Origin: Methanotrichaceae archaeon
Lineage (GTDB): Archaea; Halobacteriota; Methanosarcinia; Methanotrichales; Methanotrichaceae
Assembly (NCBI GenBank): GCA_963748825.1
Contig: CAVVKN010000004.1
Location: forward strand, 1-64,000
Direction of reading: 5' to 3'
DNA length: 64,000 nt
Shown here: piece after piece, positions 44,270 to 55,590 of the stretch
Numbering within the stretch: position 1 is the stretch's first letter
Layout of the letters: every line of letters starts with the position of its first letter
Position numbers and translations under genes: made by a program
The notes under the pieces: model-generated
The model's input: the letters and a program-made list of their open reading frames with translations, nothing else
Told to the model about the DNA's origin: nothing
Databases searched by the model: none

Positions 44270-45616
44270 ATGGTCCTGGAAAACTTAGGCGGATCGCTGC
44301 GCAGTGCTCTAAAGAAGATTGCGTCGGCGAATAAGATCGACAAGGCTTTAGTAGACGATGCCGTGCGGGAGATTCAGCGGGCACTTTTGCAGGCAGATGT
44401 GAATGTGAAGCTAGTGATGCAGCTCTCCAACACCATCAAAGAGAGGGCGCTCAATGAAAAGCCGGCAGCGGGCATGAACCCACGCGAGCATGTCATCAAC
44501 ATCGTCTATAAGGAGCTGATCAACCTGGTAGGCCGTGGCTCGGACATTCCCCTGAAAAAGCAGAACATCATGCTCGTGGGCCTGCAAGGATCAGGAAAGA
44601 CCACCACTGCGGCGAAGCTTGCCACCTTCTTTCAACGAAAGGGGCTGCGAACGGCAGTCATCTGCGCAGATACCTTTCGAGCCGGTGCCTATGACCAGCT
44701 AAAAGCGCTCTGTGAAAAGCAGGGCATCTTTTTTTACGGAGACAGGGGCAATCCCGATGCGGCTGCTGTGGCGAAAGCCGGCCTGGAGGCCGCTAAGAAG
44801 TACGACGTTCGGATCGTCGATACCGCAGGAAGGCATGCCCTGGAAGGCGATCTGATCCAGGAGATGAAGGACATACATGCCGTGGTCAATGCCGAGCAAA
44901 AATTGCTGGTGATGGACGCCGCATTGGGCCAGCAGGCTTCCGAACAGGCGCGCGCCTTCAACGAAGCGGTGCAGATCACGGGCGTCATCATCACCAAGCT
45001 GGACGGCACAGCCAAGGGCGGCGGAGCACTCTCGGCCGTGGCGGAGACCAAGACCTCCGTGGCCTTCATTGGCATGGGCGAGACGCCGGCCGACCTGGAG
45101 AAGTTCGAGGCGGACCGCTTCATCTCCCGCATGCTGGGCATGGGCGATATCAAGACGCTCATCGAGAGGGCCCAGGAGGTGCAGACCGACAGCCAGGTGG
45201 ACGTTGAATCGCTCATGCGGGGCAAGTTCACCCTGAAAGATATGTACCAGCAGATGGAGGCCATGAACAAGCTGGGACCCTTAAAGCAGATCATGCAGAT
45301 GCTGCCCATGGGTGGCCTGGGGCTGGATCTTTCCGACAAAGAGTACCAGATGACCAAAGATCGCCTGGACAAGTACCGGGTGGTCATGGACTCCATGACG
45401 GCGAAAGAGCTTGAGGACCCCAAGATAATAACCGCATCGCGTATCAAGCGCATTTCCCGGGGCAGCGGCGCAACTCCGGATGTGGTTCGCGAGCTTCTCA
45501 AATCCCATCAGGCCATGCAAAAGGCAATCAAAGGCATGAGAGGCGGGGCCGGCAAGATGAATATGAAGCGCCTCATGAAGAGATTTTCTCCGGGAACGAA
45601 GACCGGAGAAATGTAA
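44270..45616 (+). CDS. srp54: Signal recognition particle protein SRP54
   Basis: [28 protein letters not shown] domain [11 protein letters not shown]. Confidence 0.96.
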   Translation: MVLENLGGSLRSALKKIASANKIDKALVDDAVREIQRALLQADVNVKLVMQLSNTIKERALNEKPAAGMNPREHVINIVYKELINLVGRGSDIPLKKQNIMLVGLQGSGKTTTAAKLATFFQRKGLRTAVICADTFRAGAYDQLKALCEKQGIFFYGDRGNPDAAAVAKAGLEAAKKYDVRIVDTAGRHALEGDLIQEMKDIHAVVNAEQKLLVMDAALGQQASEQARAFNEAVQITGVIITKLDGTAKGGGALSAVAETKTSVAFIGMGETPADLEKFEADRFISRMLGMGDIKTLIERAQEVQTDSQVDVESLMRGKFTLKDMYQQMEAMNKLGPLKQIMQMLPMGGLGLDLSDKEYQMTKDRLDKYRVVMDSMTAKELEDPKIITASRIKRISRGSGATPDVVRELLKSHQAMQKAIKGMRGGAGKMNMKRLMKRFSPGTKTGEM

Positions 45617-45628
45617 ATGAAAAGGCGC

Positions 45629-46120
45629 TCAGATCTCCCACTTACCTTCCGCAGTTCCGTTCAATCTTTCTCCATCTGGCATCGCCAAGCTGTAGTCTCC
45701 CAGAACAGTGCTGCCTTCCGTCGCCAGGCTAAATTTGTATACCTCTCCGCCAAAGGCAGTTACATCAAGAGACAGTTTGTTTGCTTGAAGCATTCCTACA
45801 GCCTCTACCGGCCCAGTAACATTTCCCCGGGTTACATTTCCCTGGCCAAAAATGCGTCCTTCTGTCTGAGTGAGAAGAAGATAAATGCGGCTATTATCCA
45901 ACAGATTCAGGCGGATCTGGCTCGTTGCCGCTTTTTTCACATCAGGAGCGGCCACAACGCTGGTTGGAGCATTCTCGCGGACGAACTCATCGTAGCTATC
46001 CATACTGATGTCCATGGCTGAGTCCCCCAGAAAGTTGTAGGAGGCTCCCCCACCCAATGAACAACACTTAGCCGCTGCCGGAGAGCCGACAGCAAGCACT
46101 ACTATCAGTAATGCAATCAT
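45629..46120 (-). CDS. Secreted hypothetical protein, same beta-rich family as 25137-26603
   Basis: Signal peptide, CCSLGGG, L.L.Q..G.IFGQG..L.LD..G.Y..G.A.G pattern. Confidence 0.7.
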   Translation of the reverse strand: MIALLIVVLAVGSPAAAKCCSLGGGASYNFLGDSAMDISMDSYDEFVRENAPTSVVAAPDVKKAATSQIRLNLLDNSRIYLLLTQTEGRIFGQGNVTRGNVTGPVEAVGMLQANKLSLDVTAFGGEVYKFSLATEGSTVLGDYSLAMPDGERLNGTAEGKWEI

Positions 46121-46199
46121 GCCTCTCGTCTTAGATCCCTCCTGTGTCCGTTTCCGCTCAAGGGCATTAATCTTGCCCCTGGAATTTGTGGCTCATGCA

Positions 46200-46637
46200 T
46201 AACTGCTCTGCGTGGCCCTTCCCACCCATGCCCCGCGCTCGCAATGAGATTGACACTTCTGCCAAGCGTTGTTGCAGGACTCTTCTTGGCCGCGAAAGTT
46301 ATTCGGCCAGTCACCGTTCCCGACTCGCGCGATCGCGTCGGGTAAATGGAATCAGATTATTCTGAAAGTGAGGCTCCCGATAAAGAGAGCTTGAGCCGGA
46401 CCTGGCTCTCAATCAATCAAGGAGATGAATATAGTTGGCCTGTCCCCGGCCACAGAACCGATCGCATTCACGGCCAGGCCGCTTTGCTCGGCGGACAACT
46501 GGCCCGTTCCCAAAACGAGGGTCGCCTTCCGGATATATCTGCAAGTCAAAATGCATGATCTGGGTCCCCTTCAGATCAAGAGCCCAGCTTCCCGTGAGGT
46601 CACCAAGAAACAACGAAAAATCCTGGATGCGCTTCAT
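46200..46637 (-). pseudogene. Degraded paralog of the same secreted beta-rich family
   Basis: GSWALDL..DLQIY..(frameshift)..LVLGTGQL..A.GSV.. with in-frame TGA/TAA and a second shift. Confidence 0.55.
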
Positions 46638-46645
46638 ATGTGTGT

Positions 46646-46954
46646 TTAAACTTTGGGGATGTCAGGCTGAAGAGAATCCAATTTTTCATTCCTTGCTAAA
46701 ACGCCCTCTAGATTATCATTTATTGCAGAATTAATATTATTGAGACTCTGCAGCAGCTCATGGCCAGAAGACGTGGTCTTGTATAGCCGTTCTTCTTTTA
46801 CCAGATAACCGTGCGAAGTTAACCATTCGAGGTATAATCCTGCATTTTTAAAATTGAGGTTTACCTGGTAGACGATTTTGGTCTTGCTTGAGCCATCCGT
46901 TTTGCAGATATTGAGAATGCAGCCCAGTATCTCCAGCTTATTTCTTCGCGTCAT
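46646..46954 (-). CDS. Winged-helix DNA-binding protein
   Basis: RRNKLEI..IL, KTKIVYQVNLNF, YL..L, Y.TT..G..LL. Confidence 0.85.
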   Translation of the reverse strand: MTRRNKLEILGCILNICKTDGSSKTKIVYQVNLNFKNAGLYLEWLTSHGYLVKEERLYKTTSSGHELLQSLNNINSAINDNLEGVLARNEKLDSLQPDIPKV

Positions 46955-47324
46955 CTCATTTTCCCCTCTCTTTGTCGACCTCTGTTTACTATAGTACATT
47001 AGATACGGATAAAACTTTCGTAACTTTGATATTATGTATTCTTCGACAATTTAAGAAATATAATGCACAGAATACGCAATACTGCAAAAATAATTCCGAA
47101 AAAGTGTTTTTTAATCTTTGAAAATTTTAGTATATGGCCCACAGAGGAGGGACGTTTCCATCTTAAAGCAAAGGCTGCTGACCAGAAAAAAATAATAATG
47201 CTAACTGCTCAAAATCAATTTTGCGCAAAGTCCGACCTGGAAGGCGCGAAGAGATTTAGAGGCAAAATGAGACTTAACTTGTTTGCCCTCGCTCATACAA
47301 AGAGCAAAATCCAGCCGCAAAGAA

Positions 47325-47780
47325 TCATTCGCGAACAATCGATGCAATCGCCATATCCAGTTCTTCTGCATCCCGGCGCAGCGGTCCGTCTCCCCGGCTC
47401 TTGAGCTTTGCCAGATCCCGCCGCAAGGGTCCCAGGCGCAAAACCGCGTTTTGTCCTCCTGCCGAGGATGCTATCTGCCGCAGCCTCTCCAGCCTCTGCC
47501 TCATGGCATCCGGCCTCTGCAGCAGTTCCGACAGCTCTTGCAGAGCCTTGACGACGCTTTTGCCGCGCGCTGTTAGCTCCAGGTAATTGATCCTTCCCTC
47601 CGGCCGGGATTTAACCAGTCCCTGCGCTTCCAGCTCATTGAAGATGCTGCAGGTATGGGGAAAGGTAGAGTCTATGCGCTTGGCAACCTGCGCGGCGTAG
47701 GCGTGCTCCATCTCGCCCACTGCCAAAATAGCTAAAACGGGCTTTTCCCGGAGGAAAAGCCGCTCTAGTGGTTCACGCAT
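47325..47780 (-). CDS. MarR-like winged-helix regulator
   Basis: YA..VAK.IDSTFPH..LE..GLV..EGR..LELT.RG. Confidence 0.8.
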   Translation of the reverse strand: MREPLERLFLREKPVLAILAVGEMEHAYAAQVAKRIDSTFPHTCSIFNELEAQGLVKSRPEGRINYLELTARGKSVVKALQELSELLQRPDAMRQRLERLRQIASSAGGQNAVLRLGPLRRDLAKLKSRGDGPLRRDAEELDMAIASIVRE

Positions 47781-47795
47781 GCATTCTCAGACATT

Positions 47796-48758
47796 TCAGG
47801 CTTGCACTGCAGCTTGTGTTTGGATCTGGGTGGGAGTGACGACCGGGGCGGAAAGCGCCTGCTCCGGCGGGGTTATGTCTGCCGGCTTGTCGAAGTCATA
47901 ATACAGATCAGTGGTCTCTATGCTGACAGAGATTTCTCCCAGCCGAATCGATTGATTGAACATCTTCATCTGGCTGGTATTGAGATCTAATGCACCTATG
48001 ATCTCCGGCGTCATGGAAAAGCTCATGAGGCTTTGGTATTTCACAGGCAAGTAGGACTTCTTGGAGATCCAGATCGTCTTTTCTATCTTGCCAGTCTCAT
48101 TCAGCTCGGTTCTGTTGACGGATGGCAAATACATGGGATACTGGGTCACCTTGGCAGCTATGGAAAAAGCGGCATTGTGGAGATTAATGTTATCCTCGCT
48201 CCCAGTTACTATCAACAATTTGTAGGCATCCTCTCCATTGATAGCCTCCGAGCCGAGATCCTCTGTTGTAGACAGATTAAACGTCTGTGCTATGGCCTTT
48301 ACCTGATTATTTTTGTCCTGGCCCCAAACCTCTTGCTTAGATCGCGGGTCCACAAGATGGGTCCAATTGCCACTCTCATCATTTACATAAGTTGAGTTTC
48401 CTATCTGATAAACATCGGCACTTGTGGTGCTGGTGTTCGCAGGCTGGTCCGGCATCTCCATCTGGTTCTTGGTCGAGCCGCTGGCATGGGCCTCTAAGCT
48501 CGACAGGTTTACAACGGCAACATTCTCAGCACTTTCCGTGACTGTGGTTAACTTCTCAGAAGCTGCATCGGCCCCAGAATTGAGCTTTAGCGTCTGAGTC
48601 ACTGAACTCTTGATGCTGTAGCTGGTCAGGTTTTCGGCTGCTGCAATGGACAGAGTCTTGAGCTCTCCTGCACTCTTATCCGCAACGCTTGGGCCTTTCT
48701 CCGTGCAGCCTGAGATGGCCACGGCAATCAATATAAGGACTAGTAATAATCTCTTCAT
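47796..48758 (-). CDS. Lipoprotein (LppX/LolA-like fold suspected)
   Basis: Lipobox ISGC; E.INGEDAYKL, IWISKK.YLPVK, YDFDKP.DI.PP. Confidence 0.7.
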   Translation of the reverse strand: MKRLLLVLILIAVAISGCTEKGPSVADKSAGELKTLSIAAAENLTSYSIKSSVTQTLKLNSGADAASEKLTTVTESAENVAVVNLSSLEAHASGSTKNQMEMPDQPANTSTTSADVYQIGNSTYVNDESGNWTHLVDPRSKQEVWGQDKNNQVKAIAQTFNLSTTEDLGSEAINGEDAYKLLIVTGSEDNINLHNAAFSIAAKVTQYPMYLPSVNRTELNETGKIEKTIWISKKSYLPVKYQSLMSFSMTPEIIGALDLNTSQMKMFNQSIRLGEISVSIETTDLYYDFDKPADITPPEQALSAPVVTPTQIQTQAAVQA

Positions 48759-48788
48759 ATTTTAAGCTCCAATCTTAGTCATTCAAGC

Positions 48789-49709
48789 CTAATTTTGCCC
48801 GGCGGGCAAAAACTTTTCGCCTGTTATCATCTCGAAGAGTTTGATGTAGATCCGGCTCGTCTCTTGCACCACAACAGGTGGCAGAGCTGGGATGGGCGGC
48901 TCATTTTGGCCGGCGTCTCGGGCTTTATACAGCTGGTCTTTGTAGCCCGTCTGGCGGTAGTACTGGCGCACATACTCCTTGGATAGGTCCACGAACTCAC
49001 CCTGCTCATAGCGGGCTTTGTCCCAGAAGCGGTCCTCGTCTGCGGTTCCGTAGACATCGATCACCATGACCTGTCTATCTTCGTCAAAAGCCAGCTCTTT
49101 TTTGCCGTCCACGTGAATCAGGCCTCGCGAGGCTACGCTCTTGCCGATGTCCTCATCGATCTTGAGCACAACCTCCCGGGCATCCTCATATTCCTGAGAG
49201 GAAAGACCGGAGATCCGAAGCGCTTCTGCCTTTTCCAGCAACCTATCGGTCTTCTCAAGCTTGGTGGAGACCTCCAGGAAGGGCTCGGGAAGAATCTCAC
49301 CATAAACGACCTTGTGACCGGAAGGAAAGCCCAGGGACTGTGCCGAGACTCTTCCCTCTTCTACACGATCGTAAAGGGACCCTGCCACATACCAGCGGCA
49401 GATCCACTCCAGAGGAATGAGGTAGTTCTTGGACTGGCTGGTGATCTGCTGCGGCTGGAGTATGTCCACCTTTTTGCAGAGCATACCGGCAGGGGCCTGG
49501 TACTCCAAAAAGTGGGTCTTGATGCCCATTCTGGCAGCTCTCTCAAACCAATAAACACCCTCCCTGCTGAGGGTTTCACCCTTAAAGGGAATCAGGCTGG
49601 GAATGACCTTGTCGAAGACGGAGATGTTGTCTGTAAAGAGAAACTCAAGTCGGTCCCCGAGGTCGTAGGCCTCTTTGACCTTGCCCTTTATCAAAAGCTT
49701 GCGCTGCAT
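48789..49709 (-). CDS. purC: SAICAR synthase
   Basis: GKVKE.Y, TDNISVFD, IPLEWICR, DGKKE, DEDRFWD, LSKEYVR. Confidence 0.93.
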   Translation of the reverse strand: MQRKLLIKGKVKEAYDLGDRLEFLFTDNISVFDKVIPSLIPFKGETLSREGVYWFERAARMGIKTHFLEYQAPAGMLCKKVDILQPQQITSQSKNYLIPLEWICRWYVAGSLYDRVEEGRVSAQSLGFPSGHKVVYGEILPEPFLEVSTKLEKTDRLLEKAEALRISGLSSQEYEDAREVVLKIDEDIGKSVASRGLIHVDGKKELAFDEDRQVMVIDVYGTADEDRFWDKARYEQGEFVDLSKEYVRQYYRQTGYKDQLYKARDAGQNEPPIPALPPVVVQETSRIYIKLFEMITGEKFLPAGQN

Positions 49710-49778
49710 CGGAGCATATCTGACCGGGAAAGATGATAACACTTTTGGTTTTGAAGCAAAAAAGAGGATAAGAGAGGC

Positions 49779-51431
49779 TTATTCCTCCCCCATGCCGCCC
49801 ATACCGCCCATGCCACCGGGCATGCCACCCATGCCGCCAGGCATGCCGCCCTGTCCACCGGACTTGGAGGCGATGACATCGTCGATCCTGAGAATCATGA
49901 CTGCGGCCTCTGTAGCACTGTTGATGGCCTGGGTCTTGACCCGCAGGGGTTCGACTACGCCTAGCTTTAGCATGTCCACCGGCTCGCCTGTGTCCATGTC
50001 CAGGCCGGCGCTCTTATTGCCTTTCTCATGCTGGCTTCTCAGAGACACCAGGGAATCGATCTGATCCAGACCGGCGTTCTCGGCCAGGGTCTTGGGAATG
50101 ACTTCCATGGAGTCTGCAAAGGCCTCAATGGCCAGCTGCTCGCGGCCGCCCACTGTTGCGGCATACTCGCGCAGACGCAGAGCCAACTCGACCTCAGGGG
50201 CACCGCCACCGGGCACAATCTGTTTGTCTTCTACGACTACGCCCACAACGCGCAGCGCATCTTCCATGGCCCGGCTCAGCTCATCGACTACGTGCTCGGT
50301 TCCGCCACGCAGGATGATGGAAACTGACTTGGGGTTCTCGCACTCTACCACGAAGGTCATCTTCTCGTCGCCGATCTTCCTCTCCTCGACCAGGCCTGCT
50401 TTGCCCAGGTCGTTCTTGGTCAGATCGTGGATGCTGGTGACAACTCTTCCGCCTGTAGCACGGCCCAGCTTCTCCATGTCGCTCTTCTTGACACGGCGCA
50501 CGGTGTAGATGCCGGCCTTGGCCAGGAAGTGCTGGGCCAGGTCATCGATGCCTTTCTGGCAGAAGACGACGTTGGCGCCGGTGGCCATGATGTCATCCAC
50601 CATGCCCTTGAGCATGGTCTCTTCCTGGTCCAGGAAGGCCTGCAGTTGGTCGGGTGAGGTGATCTCGATCTTGGCATCGACCTCAGTCTTCTCAATCTCG
50701 ATGGCGGCATTGAGCAGAGCAATCTTTGCGCCTGTAACCTTCTTGGGCATATTGGGATGCAGCCGGTCCTTGTCGATGACCATGCCGTGTACCAGCTCGG
50801 AATCGGTAATTCCGCCGCCCACCTTCTTCTCCACGGTGATGTTGTCGGTGTCGACAGACCCGTCCTCATCCACTACGGCCTTGACAGCCTCAACGGCCAG
50901 GTTGGCCAGCTCGTCTCTAGCTGTGCCAGATCCCTTGCCGGTCATGGCGGTGACGGCGATCTTCTTTAAAAACTCAGTATCTTTAACAGAGACATCAACG
51001 GCAATGGCCTTGAGAATCTCCAGGGACTTGTCTGCCGCAGCCCTGTAGCCGGCAGCGATAACCGTGGGATGAATCTCCTGATCCAGCAGAGCCTCGGCCT
51101 GCTTGAGAAGTTCCCCAGCAAGCACAACGGCGGTAGTGGTTCCGTCTCCAACCTCGGCATCCTGGGTCTTGGCGATCTCCACCATCATCTTGGCGGCGGG
51201 GTGCTCGATGTCCATCTCCTTGAGAATAGTAACACCATCGTTGGTTATTACTACGTCTCCCATGGTGTCGACCATCATCTTGTCCATGCCCTTGGGGCCG
51301 AGTGTGGTTCTGACGGCTCCTGCCACGGCCTTGGCGGCCATGATGTTCGACCTCTGTGCTTCCCGGCCAGCCGTTCTTTGGCTGCCTTCCTTGAGAATAA
51401 GTACTTGCGCTCCACCAAATTGTCCTGCCAT
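49779..51431 (-). CDS. thsA: Thermosome (group II chaperonin) subunit
   Basis: [31 protein letters not shown]-repeat tail. Confidence 0.96.
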   Translation of the reverse strand: MAGQFGGAQVLILKEGSQRTAGREAQRSNIMAAKAVAGAVRTTLGPKGMDKMMVDTMGDVVITNDGVTILKEMDIEHPAAKMMVEIAKTQDAEVGDGTTTAVVLAGELLKQAEALLDQEIHPTVIAAGYRAAADKSLEILKAIAVDVSVKDTEFLKKIAVTAMTGKGSGTARDELANLAVEAVKAVVDEDGSVDTDNITVEKKVGGGITDSELVHGMVIDKDRLHPNMPKKVTGAKIALLNAAIEIEKTEVDAKIEITSPDQLQAFLDQEETMLKGMVDDIMATGANVVFCQKGIDDLAQHFLAKAGIYTVRRVKKSDMEKLGRATGGRVVTSIHDLTKNDLGKAGLVEERKIGDEKMTFVVECENPKSVSIILRGGTEHVVDELSRAMEDALRVVGVVVEDKQIVPGGGAPEVELALRLREYAATVGGREQLAIEAFADSMEVIPKTLAENAGLDQIDSLVSLRSQHEKGNKSAGLDMDTGEPVDMLKLGVVEPLRVKTQAINSATEAAVMILRIDDVIASKSGGQGGMPGGMGGMPGGMGGMGGMGEE

Positions 51432-51504
51432 TTAATACCTCCAAAGCGATTTAGATCGAATTAAGTCATCGGATGTTTGAACGTCTATATGAAGGTTACG
51501 AGAA

Positions 51505-51598
51505 GGGGTTCTGTTGAATCTTGTGGTGGCGGCCAGGCATAACCAATATCAATCAACTGCGCTTAATTCCATAACACCATGGGATGCAACAGAACTCC
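51505..51598. repeat. 24-bp imperfect inverted repeat upstream of thermosome promoter
   Basis: GGGGTTCTGTTGAATCTTGTGGTG (51505-51528) vs CACCATGGGATGCAACAGAACTCC (51575-51598): 19/24 Watson-Crick, 4 further G-T. Confidence 0.6.
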
Positions 51599-51707
51599 AC
51601 AAGATGAGCAAGAGAATGCCTTTTTTTAAAAGAGCGACTTAGGGATTATTAGATGCCGATCGAATCTGCCGAAATAACTTAGAGCTTCAATTCAACCCAG
51701 ACCAAGG

Positions 51708-52751
51708 TCACGAGGCGCAGATGCCATTGGCCGCCTTCTCCTGTCGGATCATGTAATAGAGCACGAAAAGAACGCAGATGTTGCCCGCCAATCCCAGGAT
51801 AGCGAGAAACTGAATCCTGTAAAAGAGGAATACCTGCACCAGAAAGATCTGCACCAGGACGGCGTCCTTGAAGAGCAAGTAGGACTGCAACCTACTGCTT
51901 TTTATCTTTATGGCGGCGGCGACCACCAGGGCTGCTGCCAGTGTGGCCGAGAGAAGGCCGCCCAGATCGAAGAGAGAGAGTGAGGGGAAGATGGTATGCA
52001 GATCCACCATCCATTCCAGCTTAACATAGAGCAAAAAGAAGTCCAGACCCAGGGCGAAGAGCGATTGCAGGATGAAGAAAACAATCACTGCCTTCACAAA
52101 CCAGGTTTTTTGCACCAGCTTCCGGTAAATCCTTCTGACGCGATACTTGGCTGCCGTGTAGATGTCGGGCCCTGGGACGGGCACCGACTGCGTAGCGTAA
52201 AGCAGCTCTCGGAGGGCTTTTGTCACCGGATAGGAGGGAGAGCATTCTTTGAGCAGGTCCAGCGCCCGTCTTCTCTCCCGGTGATCCAGGTCTTCCAGGA
52301 CCACCTCTTTGGCGATCTCCAGAACATTGATCAGCTTCTCCTGCTCGCTGAGACTGGGCTTATTGAAAAAGTTCTCTATGACCAGGTAAAGCAGAATGAA
52401 TACTACATAAATTAGGGAAACGGTGGGCTGGTAGAAGTAGTCGTTGTCGCCTGTGATGAACTTACCCAGCTCGTCTATGAAAGCTCCAAATCCAAAGCCA
52501 CCCAAGACGGCCACCAGATAATAGGCAGATTTGTTGATGTAAGCGAGAGCAATGACCAGGGCGATCATCATGAACACCCCACCCAAAAGGACATGGGCGA
52601 TGTGCAAATTGCCAGGGTGGAGGCTAGGATAGCCGGTTAAGGCCAAAAAGAAGCGGATGCCTAAAACGGAAAAGACGGCTATTACAAAGAAAAGCTCCAG
52701 CAGGCTCGTGGCTTCCAGGTTGCGCATTAAGTGGCGGTTGAGTAGCTTCAT
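51708..52751 (-). CDS. Conserved multi-pass membrane protein
   Basis: LHIAHVLLGG, GFGAFIDELGKFIT.DNDYFY motif; many TM segments. Confidence 0.75.
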   Translation of the reverse strand: MKLLNRHLMRNLEATSLLELFFVIAVFSVLGIRFFLALTGYPSLHPGNLHIAHVLLGGVFMMIALVIALAYINKSAYYLVAVLGGFGFGAFIDELGKFITGDNDYFYQPTVSLIYVVFILLYLVIENFFNKPSLSEQEKLINVLEIAKEVVLEDLDHRERRRALDLLKECSPSYPVTKALRELLYATQSVPVPGPDIYTAAKYRVRRIYRKLVQKTWFVKAVIVFFILQSLFALGLDFFLLYVKLEWMVDLHTIFPSLSLFDLGGLLSATLAAALVVAAAIKIKSSRLQSYLLFKDAVLVQIFLVQVFLFYRIQFLAILGLAGNICVLFVLYYMIRQEKAANGICAS

Positions 52752-52879
52752 CCGAGATCTCCCAATCCCGTCCAGGTTGCAGATGCAATCGGCCAAGCCG
52801 CTTGAGCATCTAAACGTATTGCTACCTGCGAGTCGGATCTGTCCAACAGTTATGACCTGGAGATTATAAAAAATATCTT

Positions 52880-54640
52880 CTAAGCTTCCTCTACAGGATA
52901 GTAGTACTCGCCCTGCTCCTTTTGCGTTCTGTCCAGCCTTGACTCCGGCTTGTTGACCCGAGGACGACGGGTCTCCTCATCGCGCCGGAAGGTGATGTTG
53001 ATAGCTTTGAGAAAGGCGTTCATGCCCTCGCGCATCTCCAGAGGAGTATGAGCAATGCCCAATGTGCCGGGCGTGCCCTCAAAGACCATCAGCCTCTCTG
53101 CGAGCAGATCGATGAGATAGATGTCATGGTCCACAACCAGCACCGTCTTCTCCGAGGACTCGGCAAAGCGCCTCATGACCTTGGCCGCCAGCATCCTCTG
53201 CTCGACATCCAGATGGGCAGAGGGCTCATCCAGAAGATAGAGGTCCGCCTCGCGACTGAGGCAGGCGGTAATGGCCACGCGTTGCAGCTCCCCACCGGAT
53301 AGCTCTGTCAAGGCCTGATCCATTAACGGCCCCAGGCCCATGGGCTTTAAAATCTCTGTCTGATAGAAGCTAGTGTCAAAGTCATGAGTCACGCTACGCA
53401 GAAGGCCCTGCACAGTTACATCGGATTCGGCTTTCAGGTACTGGGGCTTGTAGGATACTTTGAGCCGGCTGTCGAAGCTTCCAGCGGTCGGCTTTTCCAC
53501 GCCCGCCAGGACCTTGATGTAGGTACTCTTGCCGATGCCGTTCGGACCCAGGATGCCTACCACTTCACCGCGACGAATGATGCCTGGCTCCGCCACCAAT
53601 CGGAAGGAGGAATACTGCACGTCAAAGGCCCCGTAGGCGATGAGCGAGGGAATCTCCTTGTCGATCCGAGGAGCATGCACATCAAAACGGATGGATGTAT
53701 CCCTGAAGCGCACATTCTCCTCCGGAAGATTGCCACGCAGGTATTGGTTGATGCCCACCCTCACCCCTTTGGGCCGAGTTATGACGCCATAGGCTCCAGG
53801 CAAGCCGTAAATGAGATGAACGTTTTCTGCCAGAAGGTCAAGCAGGGCCAGGTCATGTTCCACCACCATGACCGCCTTATCCTTGGCCAGGTTCTGCAAG
53901 ATGCGAGCCACGTTGATGCGCTGGTAAATATCCAGAAAGGGGCTGATCTCATCGAAGAAATAGAAATTCGCGTCGCGCGCGACCGTTGCCGCGATGGCCA
54001 CTCTCTGCAGCTCTCCACCGGAGAGACTTGATATCTCCCGGTCCATGAACTTGCCTATGGAGAGCTTCTCCACCAGATCGGCGAGAACACCACGTTCGTC
54101 CGTTTTTTCCAAGAGACCGCTAACAGGCCCTGAATAACTATTGGGGATGCGATCCACATACTGAGGCTTGTAGGATGTCTTGACGCCCTTCTCAGCTACC
54201 CTTTTCAGGTAATCTCCCAGGGCGCTGCCGGCAAACCTCTGAAAAACATCTTCCCAGGAGGCATTCTTTCCTAAATTAGGTCGTAGGATGCCAGAGAGTA
54301 TGGATACGGCTGTACTCTTTCCTATGCCGTTGGGGCCCAACAGGCCGGTGACCCGGCCTTCAACCGGCACTGGCAGGCCATAAAGCGCAAAGCCGTTCTG
54401 ACCGTATCTGTGCACCGGGTCCTCCATCTCTTCCGGCAGGTTGGTGATGGTAATAGCCCCAAAGGGGCATTTGCGCACACAAATACCGCAGCCCACGCAG
54501 AGGTTCTCGGTGATGAGGGGCTTGCTGTCCACAAAGACTATGGTCTCGTCGCCCGTGCGCACAGGCGGGCAGAAGTACTCGCATTCCTTGGAACACTTGC
54601 GGGGCTGGCAGCGATCGCGGTTGATGATGGCTATTCTCAT
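52880..54640 (-). CDS. Ribosome recycling ATPase ABCE1 (RLI)
   Basis: N-terminal 4Fe-4S motifs; two GPNGIGKST and LSGGELQR; FRRD..RPR.NK. Confidence 0.96.
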   Translation of the reverse strand: MRIAIINRDRCQPRKCSKECEYFCPPVRTGDETIVFVDSKPLITENLCVGCGICVRKCPFGAITITNLPEEMEDPVHRYGQNGFALYGLPVPVEGRVTGLLGPNGIGKSTAVSILSGILRPNLGKNASWEDVFQRFAGSALGDYLKRVAEKGVKTSYKPQYVDRIPNSYSGPVSGLLEKTDERGVLADLVEKLSIGKFMDREISSLSGGELQRVAIAATVARDANFYFFDEISPFLDIYQRINVARILQNLAKDKAVMVVEHDLALLDLLAENVHLIYGLPGAYGVITRPKGVRVGINQYLRGNLPEENVRFRDTSIRFDVHAPRIDKEIPSLIAYGAFDVQYSSFRLVAEPGIIRRGEVVGILGPNGIGKSTYIKVLAGVEKPTAGSFDSRLKVSYKPQYLKAESDVTVQGLLRSVTHDFDTSFYQTEILKPMGLGPLMDQALTELSGGELQRVAITACLSREADLYLLDEPSAHLDVEQRMLAAKVMRRFAESSEKTVLVVDHDIYLIDLLAERLMVFEGTPGTLGIAHTPLEMREGMNAFLKAINITFRRDEETRRPRVNKPESRLDRTQKEQGEYYYPVEEA

Positions 54641-54649
54641 AGGTATACC

Positions 54650-55069
54650 TCAGTTGAGAAGAAGCGTCCAGGTAACCAGCCAGAAGTCGACTACCATGAA
54701 CTCCACATAGAACCAATCTTTGGTCTTAAAGCTTGCTGCATCTATATTCAGGAATGTATAGGTATACTTTTGAATGATGTAGGTAAGCAGTATTACAGAC
54801 AGCATCACGAAATGCCAGGGATAAGGAGCGATTGCCTCGCCGGCATAATAACAGGCAAAGCCAGCCACGGTTCCCAGGATGGAAGGATACACGGTCTTGA
54901 TTATTCCATCAATGCGATCCTTTCTGCGTTCGGCTGCGCTCTTGGGCAAGACTCTTGGCGGTAGCTTGGCTACCTTTTCGCCCGGTTTTTCCTGGGTAGT
55001 CGCGAGCCTTTGGTTTTCCTTATTGCCAGCCTTTTTTTCTTTCTTGGCCATCCAACTCTTGGATTTCAT
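54650..55069 (-). CDS. Small membrane protein (archaeal EMC6-like)
   Basis: Three TM segments; KDWFYVEFM..FW..WTLLLN C-terminus. Confidence 0.65.
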   Translation of the reverse strand: MKSKSWMAKKEKKAGNKENQRLATTQEKPGEKVAKLPPRVLPKSAAERRKDRIDGIIKTVYPSILGTVAGFACYYAGEAIAPYPWHFVMLSVILLTYIIQKYTYTFLNIDAASFKTKDWFYVEFMVVDFWLVTWTLLLN

Positions 55070-55134
55070 TATATGATAATAGCGTTTTGGTCCGGGAAAA
55101 GTCCAAGTACTATAACTTTCAAGAGCCTCTGCAT

Positions 55135-55590
55135 GTGTATGTCGTAGCGGACGCCTCGGTATTCATATGGGGCAAAAGGCCAGCGGGAGAGTTGATCACC
55201 GTCCCGGCAGTTGAAGCGGAGCTCAAAGATATAAGGACAAAGTCCCTGCTTCACATCTTCGAGGCACGGGTGGAAAGCCCCTCCCCCCAAGCGCGAAAGG
55301 CAGCTCAGAATGCCGCGGCGGAGACCGGCGACCTCAAAGCACTGTCTTCCGCTGATCTGGATGTCCTGGCAAAAGCCCTGGAATATAGAGCAGTTCTCGC
55401 GACCGATGATTACGCTCTGCAAAATGTCGCTCTTCACCTCGGCCTGAAGATCGAGCCCATCGGACAGCCCAGGATAAAGAGATTGCTAAAACATGTCCAG
55501 AAATGCCAGGGCTGCGGCAGCAGATTCGAGGGAGAAGCATGTGCTGATTGCGGAACTCCTGCCCGAAAGAAAAAGAGGTGCATAAGATGA
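55135..55590 (+). CDS. Nob1-family PIN endonuclease
   Basis: VADAS.FI, TGD...LS.AD, TDDYALQNVA, Zn ribbon C.GC..C..CG; GTG start inferred. Confidence 0.88.
   Translation: MYVVADASVFIWGKRPAGELITVPAVEAELKDIRTKSLLHIFEARVESPSPQARKAAQNAAAETGDLKALSSADLDVLAKALEYRAVLATDDYALQNVALHLGLKIEPIGQPRIKRLLKHVQKCQGCGSRFEGEACADCGTPARKKKRCIR

Noticed and set aside
49779-49860. Tandem GCCGCCCAT-like repeats
   Set aside because: They encode the normal GGM tail of chaperonins; not a CRISPR array or VNTR
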